Source: Squalus acanthias (lineage: Eukaryota). From it: 64,000 nt of DNA. The notes below the pieces were generated by a model. That model was given only the letters and a program-made list of their open reading frames with translations, was not told the origin of the DNA and made no database searches. Position 1 is the first letter of the stretch. Each line of letters opens with the position of its first letter. Made by a program: the position numbers and the translations under genes. The stretch lies in assembly GCA_030390025.1 (NCBI GenBank), contig CM059447.1, forward strand, positions 19,220,001 through 19,284,000, given 5' to 3'. Of this stretch, positions 37,640-50,454 are shown in pieces.

Positions 37640-39530
37640 AACCTGGAGGAGATAGATATTCAGCCAGTGCAGGAAGGGAGAAAAGCTGCAAAGTGGGGGA
37701 AAGGGAGCAGGCAGAAGAGAGAGAAATTAGACATAGAGTAATAGAGGAGAGTGAGAGAACGAAATTCAGAAATTTGGGGATGAGAGAAAAGTTTAGAGAA
37801 AGAAGGAGAGAAGTTCAAAGACACAGAGAGAAATATAAGATCAGACACCGAGGGAAGTTCAGACACAGAGAAAAATGTGGAGTAAGAGACAGGTTTAGAC
37901 AGAGCAAGAGAGAGAGTTCAGAAACACAGGGAGACCGAGAGAGAAAGAAGTTCCTGCACACAGGGAGAGAAGTGGGGAGAGAGATTCAGACCCACAGGGT
38001 AGAGAGAGTGAGAAAGAGGCTCAGACACATGGGAAAGAGGGGAAAAGAGAAAGAGATCTAGAGACACAAAGCAAGAGAAAAAATAGATTCATGGTGGGGA
38101 AGGGGGGTGGGGAGAAATAGAGATCAGACATATAGGGAGAATGAGAAAGAAATTCAGAGAGAATTTTGGGATGACAGAGAAGTTGAAACAGAGAGAGAGA
38201 AAGAAAGAGAGAAGTTCAGACGCACACACAGAAAGAGATAAGTTCAGACAAAGAGTGCAAGGGAATCTCAGACACAGAAAGATGGGGAAGGAGAGAGAGT
38301 TTTAGACAGAGTGAAAGATTTCAGAAATGATGAAAGAAAGAGACAAAGACATTCAGACACACAGGAAATGGGGAGAGAGACACATTCAGACATGTGGGGG
38401 AAGAGATGGGTTCAGATAGAGGGAAGATGGGGAGAGAGAGAGAGATAGTCAGACATACAAGGGGAGAGGGAGGGTAAAAGAAGTTCAGAAACATTGGGAG
38501 ACAAAGAAGTTCAGACACACAGGAAGAGAGAGGAGTTCAGATAGACAAGAATGAGAAGTCGCACAACATCAGGTTATAGTCCAACAGTTTTATTTGAAAT
38601 CACAAGCTTTCGGAGCTTACACCCCTTCCTCAGGTGAAGGAAGGACTTCACCTGAGGAAGGGGTGTAAGCTCCGAAAGCTTGTGATTTCAAATAAAACTG
38701 TTGGACTATAACCTGGTGTTGTGCGACTTCTCATTTTTGTCCACCCCAGTCCAACACCGGCATCTCCGCATCATGACCAGATAGACAAGGACAGAGAGAA
38801 GTTTGGATTTATGGGGGAGGGGGTACTAAAATCCAGACACACAAGGCGAGAGGGGTCTAGACAGAGGGAGAAAGAGTAAGTTCAGGCAGGGGGAGAGAAA
38901 GAGGGGGAGGAATATAATCACAAATTGCTGGAAATACACAAGTCAGTCAGCATCTGTAATGGGTGTATACCCTTCTTCAAAACTGAAAACTATAGTAAGC
39001 CCCTCTGTAGGGTGGAAGAAAAAAGTTGGTGGGGGATGAAACTAATAGATTGAATGACCTGCAAACTATTTAGTATTTTAGCAGAAATCCATTAAATAAC
39101 AAAAAAGATCATTTCAGTGAAGCAAGGAAAAGGTTTTAGAAGAACAAAAGAAAATGCAAATAATTGAAAAGCCCAGGAAAGAAAGTCAGAAGTAAAGGTA
39201 GAAGATTGAACAATGCCATCTGAAAAGGAAGACTTCCGCCAGAAAGCAGAGAGGGGTTGGGGGGATGTGCTTGTAGTGAGATCATGAGAGATAGAGCAAA
39301 GCTCAGACATACTGGGGGAGGGGGAAGAGAGAGAGAGAAAAGTTCATACAGAGAGGGAAAGAGAAGTTTGGGAGAGAGAGAGAGAGAATGTTCAGAAACA
39401 GTAGAGAGAGACAAAAACCAACAATACGCACAGGGATAGAAAGAGGATAGCCATACATATAAATTGACTCACACAAAAGGAGTGTGCAAGAAGAGGGGGG
39501 AGAGAAAGCAAGAACAATGGACACTCACAA
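37640..39530 (+). repeat. Purine-rich degenerate tandem/low-complexity array
   Basis: Recurring (g/a)agaagttcagacaca motif separated by GA-rich spacers. Confidence 0.8.
38544..38775. mobile_element. Penelope-like palindromic insertion with hammerhead motifs
   Basis: 96-bp inverted arms (38544-38639 / 38646-38741, 2 mismatches) with 6-nt loop; unpaired tail ccaccccagtccaacaccggcatctccgcatcat; 12-bp direct repeat CAGATAGACAAG at 38538-38549 and 38778-38789. Confidence 0.75.
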
Positions 39531-39867
39531 AGACAGAAATTGATTTTGATAATTTTCTGCCACAATGAACTGGTCATGTGCGTCAGCTGCTCGAGAGTGG
39601 GTTTACAAAACATGAAAAGTACATAATTTTAATCCAGAGCTTCAAGATTTTGCTCCGGTAAAATTAGCTGTGCTCACTCATATCAGGAGGCCACACAAGA
39701 CAGTAAATCACTTTATGTTACAAGTACTCCATCTTATGCTAACATTTCTCCTTAAATACAAAAATATCTGCAAAAATAACCTTCGTCCTGTACCATTTTC
39801 CATATTCGCCATTGAGCAGATGAATTAAACTAACGCTCTGCACTTTCTCTCATTCCGCACACATCAC

Positions 39868-40120
39868 CTGGTTCAGTGTTTTTCTGTGGAGTAGATATGG
39901 AGGGACTGGGCCCTCCCTCCAACATCTGCCAGATATCTTGAATAGAACTGTCAGCTCCATAGGATGACATTAGTAGATCGGACTGGGTGGATGGACCGTG
40001 CATCATCGGTTGGGACTGGCTGGGTTCTGGTACGAGTAGATGTGACTGGCTAGTTTCTGAGAGTGCACGTTCCTTTGTTTTGCTATTCGCAGTTTTTCCT
40101 GTTGACGCTACAGCTGGGTC
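39868..40120 (-). CDS. CCDC57: CCDC57 exon (DPAVAST...SSIQDIWQMLEGGPSPSISTPQKNTEP)
   Basis: ttgcag| acceptor, |gtgatg donor, 253 nt, phase 0 to 1; QDIWQMLEGGPSPS corresponds to human QDMWRLLDLGSSPS. Confidence 0.9.
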
Positions 40121-40780
40121 CTGCAAGTCAAAACAGAAAAAGACAGACCATGCAAATTCAGTTGAAAGAATTGAACACACCTATCCTTTTAATCGCTTAC
40201 CAATTTTTCCACTCTCTTTCCCATCTGCTGAAGATGTTGACTCCTTGCTGGGATATAGTTCTACAAGTGCCAAGTACCTTGCCCAAATGGCTATTATTTA
40301 TGTGATCCTTCACAATGAGTTTTGACAGGCTATTTGACCACTGGAATATTAACAGCCAAGCCAAATTTTGTCCCCGTCCTATGTCCACAGCTGCATATAT
40401 CCAGCAGGAACACATGAATAGTAATCAGGAATGGGAGCCCTGATTGACTCTTCTCCTTCCTCACTCCCTAACCCAGGAACGTTGAGGCTAATTGTACAGT
40501 TGCTACTGCTGCCCTGACTAAAGACCAGCGAATTCAACACAGACTGGGGATTGAACATAGAACTTTCCTGGTCTGCATGGCTCAGCTACTCATTGGATAA
40601 ACTCACTGAGCCATCAAGCAACCCTTTAAACATACCCTTCCTACACAGTTTAACTTCTAGATCATGCAAGAGGAATACTCTTCTTCACGTGCAGTCACTA
40701 AATTACTATTTTTTTCTCTGCCAATTTCTCCCCTTTCTTCTTCTTTCTCTTTTCGAATATCAGCCAGTGGCTCAGTTGGT

Positions 40781-43700
40781 AGCACCCTCGCCTCCGAGTC
40801 AGAAAACTGTGGGTTCAAGTCCCACTCCAGAGACTTGAGCACTAAAATCTAGCTGACACTCCAGTGCAGTATTGAGGGAGTGCTGCACTGTCGGAGGTGC
40901 CGCCTTTCGGATGAGACGTTAAACCGATGCCCCGTCTGCTCTCTCAGGTGGACGTAATAGATTCCATGGCACTATTGCAAAAAAGAGCAGAGGAGTTATC
41001 CCCAGTGTCCTTGCCAATATTTATCCCTCAATCAACATCACTAAAGAAACAGATTATCTGGTCATTATCGCATTGCTGTTTGTGGGAGCTTGCTGTGCGC
41101 AAATTTTTTTTTTTTTTTCATTATTCGTTTATGGGATGTGGGCGTCGCTGGCAAGGCCAGCATTTATTGCCCATCCCTAATTGCCCTCAAGAAGGTGGTG
41201 GTGAGCCGCCTTCTTGAACCGCTGCAGTCCGTGTGATGAAGGTACTCCCAAGGTGCTGTTAGGTAGGGAGTTCCAGGATTTTGACCCAGCGACGATGAAG
41301 GATCGGTGATATTTTTCCAAGTCAGGATGGTGTGTGACTTGGAGGTGGTGGTGTTCCCATGCGCCTGCTGCCCTTGTCCTTCGAGGTGGAAGAGGTCGTG
41401 GGTTTGGGAGGTGCTGCCGAAGAAGCCTTGGCGAGTTGCTGCAGTGCATCTTGTAGATAATACACACTGCAGCCACGGTACGCCAGTGGTGGAGGGAGTG
41501 AATGTTTAAGGTGGTGGATGGGGTACCAATCAAGTGGGCTGCTTTGTCCTGGATAGTGTCGAGCTTCTTGAGTGTTGTTGGAGCTGCACACATCCAGGCA
41601 AGTGGAGAGTATTCCATCACACTCCTTACTTGCGCCTTGTAGATGGTGGAAAGGCTTGGGGGAGTCAGGAGGTGAGACACTCTCCGCAGAATACCTAGCC
41701 TCTGACCTGCTCTTATTGCCACAGTATTTATGTGGCTGGTTCAGTTAAGTTTCTGGACAATGGTGACCCCCACGATGTTGATGGTGGGGGATTCAGCGAT
41801 GGTAATGCCGTTGAATGTCAAGGGGCGGTGGTTAGACTCTCGCTTGTTGGAGATAGTCATTGCCTGGCACTTCTGTGCTGCGAATGTTGCCTGTCATTTA
41901 TCAGCCCAAGCCTGAACGTCGTCCAGGTCTTGTTGCAAGTGGGCATGGACTGCTTCATTATCTGAGGAGTTGTGAATGGCGCTGAACACTGTGCAGTCAT
42001 CAGCGAACATCCCCATTTCTGACCTTATGTTGGAGGCAAGGTCATTGATGAAGCAGCTGAAGATGGTTGGGCCTAGAACACTGCCCTGAGGAACTCCTGC
42101 AGCGATGTCGCGGGGCTGTGATGATTCACCTTCAAACACCACAACCATCTTCCTTTGTGCTAGGTATGACTCCAGCCAGTGGAGTTTTCCCCCCTGATTC
42201 CCACTGACTTCAGTTTTACTTTGGCTCCTTGATGCCACACCTGGTCAAATGCTGCCTTGATGTCAAGGGCAGTCACTCTCACCTCACCTCTGGAATTCAA
42301 CTCCTTTGTCCATCTTTGGACCAAGGCTGTAATGAGGTCGGGAACCAAGTGGTCGTGGCGGAACCCAAACTGGGCATCAGTGAGCAGGTTCCGCTTGATC
42401 GCACTGTCGATGACACCTTCCATCACTTTGCTGATGATTGAGAGTAGACTGATGGGGCGGGAATTGGCCGGATTGGATTTGTCCTACATTTTGTGGACAG
42501 GACATACCTGGGCAGTTTTCCACATTGTCGGACAGATGCCAGTGTTGTAGCTGTACTGGAACAGCTTGGCTAGAGGCGCGGCTAGTTCTGGAGCACAAGT
42601 CTTCAGCACAATAGCCGGGATGTTGTCGGGGCCCATAGCCTTTGCTGTATCCAGTATGCTCAGCCATTTCTTGATATCACATGGAGTAAATCGAATTGGC
42701 TGAAGACTGGCTTCTGTGATGTTGGGGACCTCAGGAGGAGGCCGATATGGATCATCCACTCAGTACTTCTGGCTGAAGATGGTTGCAAACGCCTCAGCCT
42801 AGTCTTTTGCACTCATGTGCTGGGCTCCACCATCATTGAGGATGGGGATATTCATGGAGCCTCCTCATCCCGTTAGTTGTTTAATGGTCCACCAAAATTC
42901 ACGACTGGATGTGGCAGGACGGCAGAGCTTTGATCTGATCCGTTGATAGTGGGATCACTTAGCCCTGTCAATAGTTGCTGCTTCATCTTTTTAGCATGCA
43001 TGTAGTCCTGTGTTGCAGTTTCCCCAGGTTGGCACCTCATTTTTAGGTACGCCTCCTGCCATGCTCTTCTACACTCCTTATTGAACCAGGGTTGGTCCCC
43101 TGGCTTGATGGTAATGGTAGAGTGAGGGATATGCCGGCCATGAGGTTACAGATTGTGGTGGAATACAATGCTGCTGCTGCTGATGGCCCACAGTGCCTCA
43201 TAGATGGACAGATTTGAGCTGCTAGATCTGTTCTGAATCTATAATATTTAGCACGGTGGTAGTGCCACACAACATGATGGAGGGTGTTCTCAGTGTGAAG
43301 ACGGGACTTCGTCTCCACAATGACTGTGCGGTGGTCACTGCTACCAATACTGTCATGGACAGATGCATCTGCAACAAGTAAATTGGTGAGGATGAGGTCA
43401 AGTAGGTTTTTCCCTCGTGTTGGTTCTCTCACCACCTGTAGCAGGCCCAGACTGGCAGCGATGTCCTTCAGGACTCGGCCAGCTCAGTCAGTAGTAGTGC
43501 TACCGAGCCACTCTTGGTGATGGACATTGAAGTCCCCCACCCAGAGTACATTCTGTGCCCTTGCTACTCTCAGTGCTTCTTCCAAATGGTGTTCAACATG
43601 GAGGAGTATTGATTCATCAGCTGAGGGAGGGCGGTAAGTGGTAATCAGCAGGAGGTTTCCTTGCCCATGCTTGACCTGAAGCCATGAGACTTCATGGGGT

Positions 43701-44415
43701 CCGGAGTCAATGTTGAGGATTCCCAGGGCCACTCCTTCCCGACTGAATACCACTGTGCCGCCATCCCTGGTGGGTCTGTCCTGTCGGTGGGACAGGACAT
43801 ACCCAGGTTTGTGATGGAGGAGTTTGGGACATTGGCTGAAAGGTATGATTCTGTGAGTATGACTGTGTCAGGCTGTTGCTTGACTAGTTTGTGGGACAAC
43901 TCTCTCAATTTTGGCACAAGTCCCCAGATGTTGGTGAGGAGGACTTTGCAGGGTCGACTGAGCTGGGTGTGCCGTTGCCGCGTCCGTAGCCGGTGCCAAG
44001 GTTGATGCGGGTGGTCCGTCCGGTTTCATTCTTATTATTGTGTTTCGTAGCGGTTTGTTACAACTGAGTGGCTTGCTAGGCCATTTCAGAGGGCAGTTAA
44101 GGGTTAACCACATTGCTGTGGGTCTGGAGTCACATATAAGCCAGACCAGGTAAGGACAGCAGATTTCCTTCCCTAAAAGACATTAGTGAACCAGATGGGT
44201 TTTTACGACAATCTGATAGTTTCATGGTTACCATTACTGATACTAGCTTTTTATTCCAGATTTGTTTAATTAATTGAATTTAAATTCCCCAGATGCTGTG
44301 GCTGCTGTGTTTCCTACATTACAACAGTGACTACACTTCAAAAGTACTTCATTGGCTGTAAAGTGCTTTGGGAAGTCCGGAGGTTGTGAAAGGCGCTATA
44401 GAAATACAAGTCTTT
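40781..44415 (+). mobile_element. Deu-domain SINE (40781-41105 plus 44300-44415) split by a LINE insertion
   Basis: Head gtggctcagttggtagcac, body up to gcgcaaatt, resuming ggctgctgtgtttcctacattac after the LINE. Confidence 0.85.
41106..44300 (-). mobile_element. Near full-length CR1-superfamily LINE (APE endonuclease plus RT; exact clade uncertain), frameshifted
   Basis: EN motifs LTESYL, TYRPP, VGDFNVHH, PTRGKNLLDL, SDH; RT motifs [27 protein letters not shown]; A-rich tail at 41104-41125. Confidence 0.9.
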
Positions 44416-45299
44416 CTTTTCTTTTTTCTCCTGAAGACCTTAGCTCCTTATTGGGCTGCAGCTCCATGGGTGCTGGGTGTCATTCTCATTTCGTCAAAGT
44501 GGCCATTCTTCATGTATGAGCCTAGGTATGAAGCGTTGGAAGGCTATTCAACCACGGCGACGATCACAGTTGAGCCCAATCTTCTCCTCACCTAATGTCC
44601 ACAGAACTGCCAGCTGATTTTCCCCTCCCTAACCAAGGAGACACTGAGGCCAAATGCAGTTTGCCTAGATCAGCTGAAAATGGGGATCAATCCTGGGGCC
44701 TCCTGGCTTGTTTGGCTAAGCTACTCACTGCTTTAATCAGCTGAGCCACTCCGGGGTCAGGGGGGGCATGTAAAATGATACAGCACAGAAGGAGGCCATT
44801 CAGCATTGTGTTGAGATTTACACTCCAGATTTTATGTTTTTTTTATTTTATAGATCAGAAAAATGAAAGCAAGCAGAAGAATAATGATTATTCTTTCCTC
44901 TAACATTACTGTTTAGCATGGTAAGATCCCTGAATGATCACCTGGCAAACCTCTGGGCTTGAATATCCAGAAAGTAAAATTCCAACGTGATACGTGAGGG
45001 GTCGTTTTTCAGCTTCACGTTTCCAGTGAGGAGCCCTGACTGTGCACATTGGGAATTCTGGTGCATGCTGCGCCCGATCCTCTAACCATTGATTTAAATG
45101 GTCAGACAATCATCCACGGGAAGCGCAAAGTCAGAAAAAGACACCTTTGCCCTTTGTGAGCAGAATCCAGAACCACTGTCTGGAGTTTCAGCAGTTTCGA
45201 ATTCTGCTGGAAAGAACTTGACGTTAGATGCCATCTATTGGCTAAAATAGTAACAACATTCCAGAAATGGGTGAAACTGCATGTAATATTATCACCGAA

Positions 45300-45570
45300 A
45301 GATCACAAAATAGATATGGACGAGGAAGGCCATCTTAGCTCATCCATCCAAACAGAACTACTGCTTCTTAAATTATTTGAGGATTTTCACCTGCAGTAAC
45401 CCATCAGGAAATCCATTCCATGTGTTGACTGCTCCAAGTGTGCAGAATTACCTCGAAGTCAGTCCTAAATTTGCTTATTATTAGTTTGAACCTGTGTCCC
45501 ATGTTTTTGTATCATGGGTAGTTTGAAGTAGTGTTTCAGATTTACCTTTTCTATATCTTGTGTACCTCTA
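45300..45570 (-). mobile_element. Old CR1 3' fragment
   Basis: Similar to 15845-16150 (gaaggccat, tttgaacctgtgtccc). Confidence 0.6.
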
Positions 45571-45572
45571 TG

Positions 45573-45700
45573 ATAGGGTTGCCAAGCCTCCCGGATTGTC
45601 CGGGAGTCTCTCGGAATTCAGGGCTGCTCTCCTGGGCACTGTAGCTAGCAACCCGGGAGAAAAACAGAACTTTGCGCCTCTGACTCGAGAGGAGAGAAAT
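45573..45700 (+). mobile_element. hAT-like DNA transposon terminus
   Basis: Starts TAGGGTTGCCAA with ccgg/cccgg subterminal repeats; partner TIR not found. Confidence 0.5.
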
Positions 45701-46169
45701 CCCGGGAAATATTGTCACAAAGAGGTTAAAATGCAGCCGATCTGGTGGGAGGGTGGAAAAGGCCCTGCACAGGGGTATGGATTTATAGCTGAAAAATTAA
45801 CCTTCGAACCAGCAGCATTCCAATTCTCCATCCTGAAAAAGGGATCGGGCCAGATCAGTCACATGGGGACAATTGATTGACAGAAAGGGAGAGGAGCGAG
45901 GGCCAGGATATTGGACAAAGGCAAAGGGTGGTAGCAGTGAGAAGTGATGGAAAATACAGGTAATGTGAGGATAAAAAGAGATTTTGGAACAGTGGACAAT
46001 TGTCTCCTGGTAGAGAAAAAAAGTTCGGCAGTAACCCAAAAACAGCGGAGGAGATGGGTTACCCAGCCATGCTTTAATTTATAAATTATTACAATGAACA
46101 TTTGTTTTGTAATTTTCTTCACCCAATTTACTATATTATTTCTCCCAACTCTCAACTCCTCCGCAGTCC

Positions 46170-47625
46170 CTGTGCCATCGTACTGCTTGTCTGACATCTA
46201 GTCTTGGATGAACCGTAATGTTCTCCAGGCAAATACTGGGAAGACCAAAGCCATTGGGGGAAAAATTGGGTCACGCCCCCTTTAGGGTGCTAACTAGCGC
46301 CTCGAAAAAGTTAGCACCCCCGTGCCCGAAATTGAGTGGTAGCGCCCCAAGCAGGAGGCAGGGCGCTACTGGAAGCGTCCCCCTCCCTCTTGGGGCACTC
46401 CCATTGAATATCATGGTGCTACGTGCAGCAGCGCCGCAGTTCTACAAGCCTCCCTCCCCTGATTAAAGGGGAGGGGCCCAGCCCAGCGCGCACCGGGGCC
46501 CTGCTGGACCACCGGGGAGCTGGCAAAAGAGCCTGGCACTCAAGAGGAGAGCCGGGCTGACCGATCGCGGCCGGCACCCCACAGGAGGAGGCGAGAGGGG
46601 GCAGGTGCTGGCAGGTGGCCCCACAAAAAATGGCCGCCCTGCACCTGCCCTTTAATTTGCGCTGCCGCGGCCGCAAACACAGCACCCTGACCCTGTCGGA
46701 CATAGCGTCCGCCGGTAGGTCGGGGGTGCGAGCGAAGTTTGCGGCCGGGGCGCTGCGCACGGCGATGACCGGCTACTGCCGCTGCTAACCTCCCACTGAA
46801 TTTCGCGGGAAGCGTTAGCGGCACCTCGCCCGGGCGCTAACGGGAGGTGTAAAGCAACCGAATTTTTCCCCCATTGTCTTTAGTCTGTGCCACAAACTCT
46901 ATACCCTTACCACTGACTTCATTCCCCCTTCCTGGACAATGTCTCAAACTGAACTAGACCATTTGCAATCTCGGAATCCTGTTTGACTCAGAGTTGAGTG
47001 CCCGATCCTATATTCGCTCCATCACAAGGATCACCTACTTCTACCAATATTGCCCGCCCTCTCCCCTACCTCAGCCCATCTGCCACTGAAACCCTTATTT
47101 GTGCCTTTGTCACCTCCTACCTCAATTATTCCAATGTTCTCCTGGCTAGTCTCCTATCCTCCACCCTCTGTAACGTTCAGCAAAACCCAAAACTCTGTTG
47201 CCTGTATCCTATCTAGTATCATGTCCTGCTCATCCATCACTCCTGTCTTCGCTGGCCTACATTGGCTCTCGGTCGCCCCTCACCTCAAATTTAAAATTCT
47301 TAACCTTGTGTTTAAATCTCTCCATTTCCTCACCCCTCTTTATCTCTGTAACCTCCTACAACCTTCTCACCGCCGTTATTCTCCATTGCTCTGACTCCAG
47401 CGTCTTGCATAACCCCTGACCATTGGTTGCTGTGCTTTCAGCCGCCTCGGCCCCACGTCTGGAATTTCTTTTCTAAACCTCTCTGCCTCTGCTCCTTTAA
47501 GGCTCTGCTTAAAAGCCACTTTTTGGACCAAGCCTTTGGTCACGCCTCCTAATCTTTCCTTCTTTAGCTTGCAACCATGTTTCCTTGTGCCTCTGTGAAA
47601 CAACTTGGAATGTTTTTCAAACCAC
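46170..47625 (+). mobile_element. L2 LINE 3' region interrupted by a MITE
   Basis: ETLICAFVTSYLNYSNVLLA and LHWL...KFKIL motifs. Confidence 0.85.
46256..46872. mobile_element. CpG-rich PIF/Harbinger MITE (617 bp)
   Basis: TIR GGGGGAAAAATT/AATTTTTCCCCC; 3-bp TSD ATT (46253-46255, 46873-46875). Confidence 0.9.
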
Positions 47626-47870
47626 GGGTGAAGGACCAAGTAAATAGGCAAACAGTTTTGCTACAACTATACCTGGGACCAGCAGTTTAGTACAGGAACG
47701 ACTGTACTGACGGGCTAAAAACATTTACTTTAATATCAGATACAATTTGGACACTTGGGCTAATTTACATTCTGCACCATATCTCGTGTTAAAACAACAT
47801 TTTGAAGCAATTACCCAATTGGTAAAAAGACTTTGATGATCTTATTCTGCAGTGTTCTCTAGCACCTTAC

Positions 47871-48002
47871 CGTATTCCTGGTATGTTCTCTTGTTCCAGT
47901 TTTCCTAATGTGGGCATTCTGGCCATTTTCACTCTCCGATGAACTCTGCTGCACAGTGATGGGAACTTGTTTGAAGTGTTTCAGCTGTGCATATTGCAAC
48001 TC
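47871..48002 (-). CDS. CCDC57: CCDC57 exon (ELQYAQLKHF...EHTRNT)
   Basis: atttcag| acceptor, |gtaagg donor, 132 nt, phase 0 to 0, open frame continuing ...LQYQLTTQ. Confidence 0.85.
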
Positions 48003-48353
48003 CTGAAATCATACAAGTCTCCGCTGTAGTTAGTTCAAAAAAAAAAGACAGCAGTGAACTAAATACTACACTAAATATAAAGAATTCAGATGCTTCCCAA
48101 TAAGGAAGGAGGTAAAATTCATGGCAAAGTTACTCAGCAATTTTGTGCCTATTGGTAGCACGATCGGCAGAGTAGCCATGGGTGGCTAGGGAAACCTAGA
48201 GGTTCGCCAGAAACTACAATAAAACAAGAGGCGATGGGACGAGAAGAAAATAAAATTTAAAAAGAGCAGATTTATGATAAAATGGTAGAATGTTAGAGAG
48301 GAACTTTATTTCAGTAAGATATTGAGAAATATTGCATACACGGAGATCATCAC

Positions 48354-48478
48354 CTGTGTAGTGAGTTGGTACTGTAAGTGCTCCAAAGCAGACAGATGAT
48401 GCTGCGCTTCCTGTGCTAGCCCTCTGGGAGACTGAGCAGGTAGGACCGAATGGCCTACACCAACAGAGGGCTGAGAAA
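48354..48478 (-). CDS. CCDC57: CCDC57 exon (VSQPSVG...HLSALEHLQYQLTTQ)
   Basis: ctcctgcag| acceptor, |gtgatg donor, 125 nt, phase 1 to 0. Confidence 0.85.
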
Positions 48479-48685
48479 CTGCAGGAGAAAGGCATAGTTA
48501 CTGATTAAATACAATATCTGAGAGATAATATAAATATGTTCATAATATGTACATGGCAGTGAACAGCAAAAAATGATATGGAACTGAGCTGTGGACTTGG
48601 CGTTCTTCTGTATTGACGGAATTTCTACTCTACAGATTACAATTTTTTAATTTAAAAACAATTAGTGATGTGACTGGTGACGTAC

Positions 48686-48914
48686 CATCTAATCCAGATC
48701 TAACCAGTTCTGCACGGAGTCGATTTCCCATCTCAATCAATTGCTGTTTGTCACGGGATAGCTGACTGATGTAGCGAGCTGCCTGCTTTAGTTTGGCTTG
48801 TAAAATTGGCACAGTAGAGCTTGGCTGTTGTGAGGGGCTGTTACCTAATCGTGAGTGAACCAGTTGCTGTCGTAGTCGGAGAATTTCTCCCTGAAGCTCC
48901 TTGACAAGTTCACT
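48686..48914 (-). CDS. CCDC57: CCDC57 exon (SELVKELQGEILRLRQQ...LKQAARYISQLSRDKQQLIEMGNRLRAEL...)
   Basis: ttccag| acceptor, |gtacgt donor, 229 nt, phase 0 to 1, coiled-coil heptads. Confidence 0.88.
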
Positions 48915-49489
48915 CTGGAATAGGAATGAGTAATCACGCACTTATTCATGAAAATACTATAACAGAGCATTTGATGGGATGAAAACAATAAAGACCGGTG
49001 CGTAGGTTTGACATTTTTTCCTGGCATACTTGATGACCCCATTGCTTCAAAATTATTCCAAAGGAGAAGGATATAAATGGACTTGTACTCCTCAGGACAG
49101 ATACTTGTGGGGGTCATCTATCAGAGCCTACTGAAAATCTCTATCTCCTAGCATCTCTTGCAGAACCCTCAAAACAAGAAACAGGGAAGTTTCCTATGAA
49201 ATACAAAGCGCATTGATATAGTTCAAAAGCATTATAGATCTTCATTTCCAATAGGATAAATTGAAAACCAAGGTGAATGGTCAAAGCCAAATAGTGCAGG
49301 TACAAAGTTAGAAGAGAGAAAACAAGATTTAAAAAAATCACAAAGTAGAGAGCTTGAGTTTTAAAAGACTTGAGATTATAGGAAAAGGAAAACGTTGCAC
49401 AAAGTAAGGAATTCCACAGATTTGAGGTCCAGGCATGCTGTGGTAGCAGCTTAAAGGCCCAGGTGTCCTCTGATTTGTTTTTTTTAAAT

Positions 49490-49895
49490 ATATTCATTCC
49501 TGGGATGTGGGCATCTCTGGCAAGACCAGCATTTATTGCCCATCCCTAATTACCCTCGAGAAGGTGCTGGTGAGCTGCCTTCTTGAAACACTGCAGTGAA
49601 GGTGCTCCCATAGTGCTGTTAGGGGGGGAGTTCTAGGATTTTGACCCAGCGATGATGAAGGAACGGCAATATATTTCCAAGTCAGGATGGTGTTTAACTT
49701 GGAGGGGAACTTGGAGGTGATGGTGTTCCCATGCGCCTGCTGTCCTCGTCCTTCTAGGTGGTAGAGGTTGCGGGTTTGAGAGATGCTGACAAAAAAGCCT
49801 TGGCAAGCTGTTGCAGTGCATCTTGTAGACGGTACACACTGTAGCCACGGTGTGCCGGTGGTGGTGGGAGTGAATGTTTAAGGTGGTGGATGGAT
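49490..49895 (-). mobile_element. 3' fragment of the CR1-superfamily LINE
   Basis: Nearly co-linear with 41117-41520. Confidence 0.88.
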
Positions 49896-50039
49896 GTTGC
49901 ACTCAAGCAAATTCTTTTATCTCTGAGGTCAGCAGTAGAGCAGAGAACACTTACCCCGTGCTCCCCCCACCACCACTTCTCATATGCAGCTGTTCCACTT
50001 TTGATAAAAGAGGGAGCCCTTACACTGTAAGGCTGGCCT

Positions 50040-50165
50040 CCAAGGAGAGTGGTCAGGGGCAGTGAAAGGAGCTGGCCAGTGCAGTGAATACCAGTGCCAA
50101 TACCCCATGCATGGCCACTCAGTGTCAGAAAAAGTTTAAAAGCCTGATCAAGCCAGGCAAGTTAA
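50040..50165 (+). pseudogene. Harbinger Myb/SANT-like DNA-binding gene fragment
   Basis: *KELASAVNTSANTPCMATQCQKKFKSLIK resembles the trihelix W..(V/I)A..VN....RT..QC.KK(W/F)..L motif, with the conserved W mutated to a stop. Confidence 0.6.
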
Positions 50166-50454
50166 AAGGAGTCAGTTATACATTCCAAGAATACAATGTA
50201 CAAAGCATGTTAGCCACTTACAATGATCTCCCCTCACACTCTGTTACAGTCCTTGAATCATTTAGCATCAAAGCCGATGAGGTAGTGCCGGTTTATGCCT
50301 ACAGCCTTTATATGCATGCATTTCTTTACTCAGATACTTTTACCGCATAAAAAGCCTTGCATGGTATGTAACTGCCTGCTGCATGCATGTCATCACACAG
50401 TATGTGTATTACTGCATGTCATGGTAACCAAAGGTACTTAGGCCTTCTCTGATT

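Noticed and set aside
37693-38061. Arg/Glu-rich 122-aa ORF
   Set aside because: A by-product of the GA-rich low-complexity tract.
40785-40835. tRNA gene
   Set aside because: The A/B boxes belong to a SINE head and there is no complete cloverleaf.
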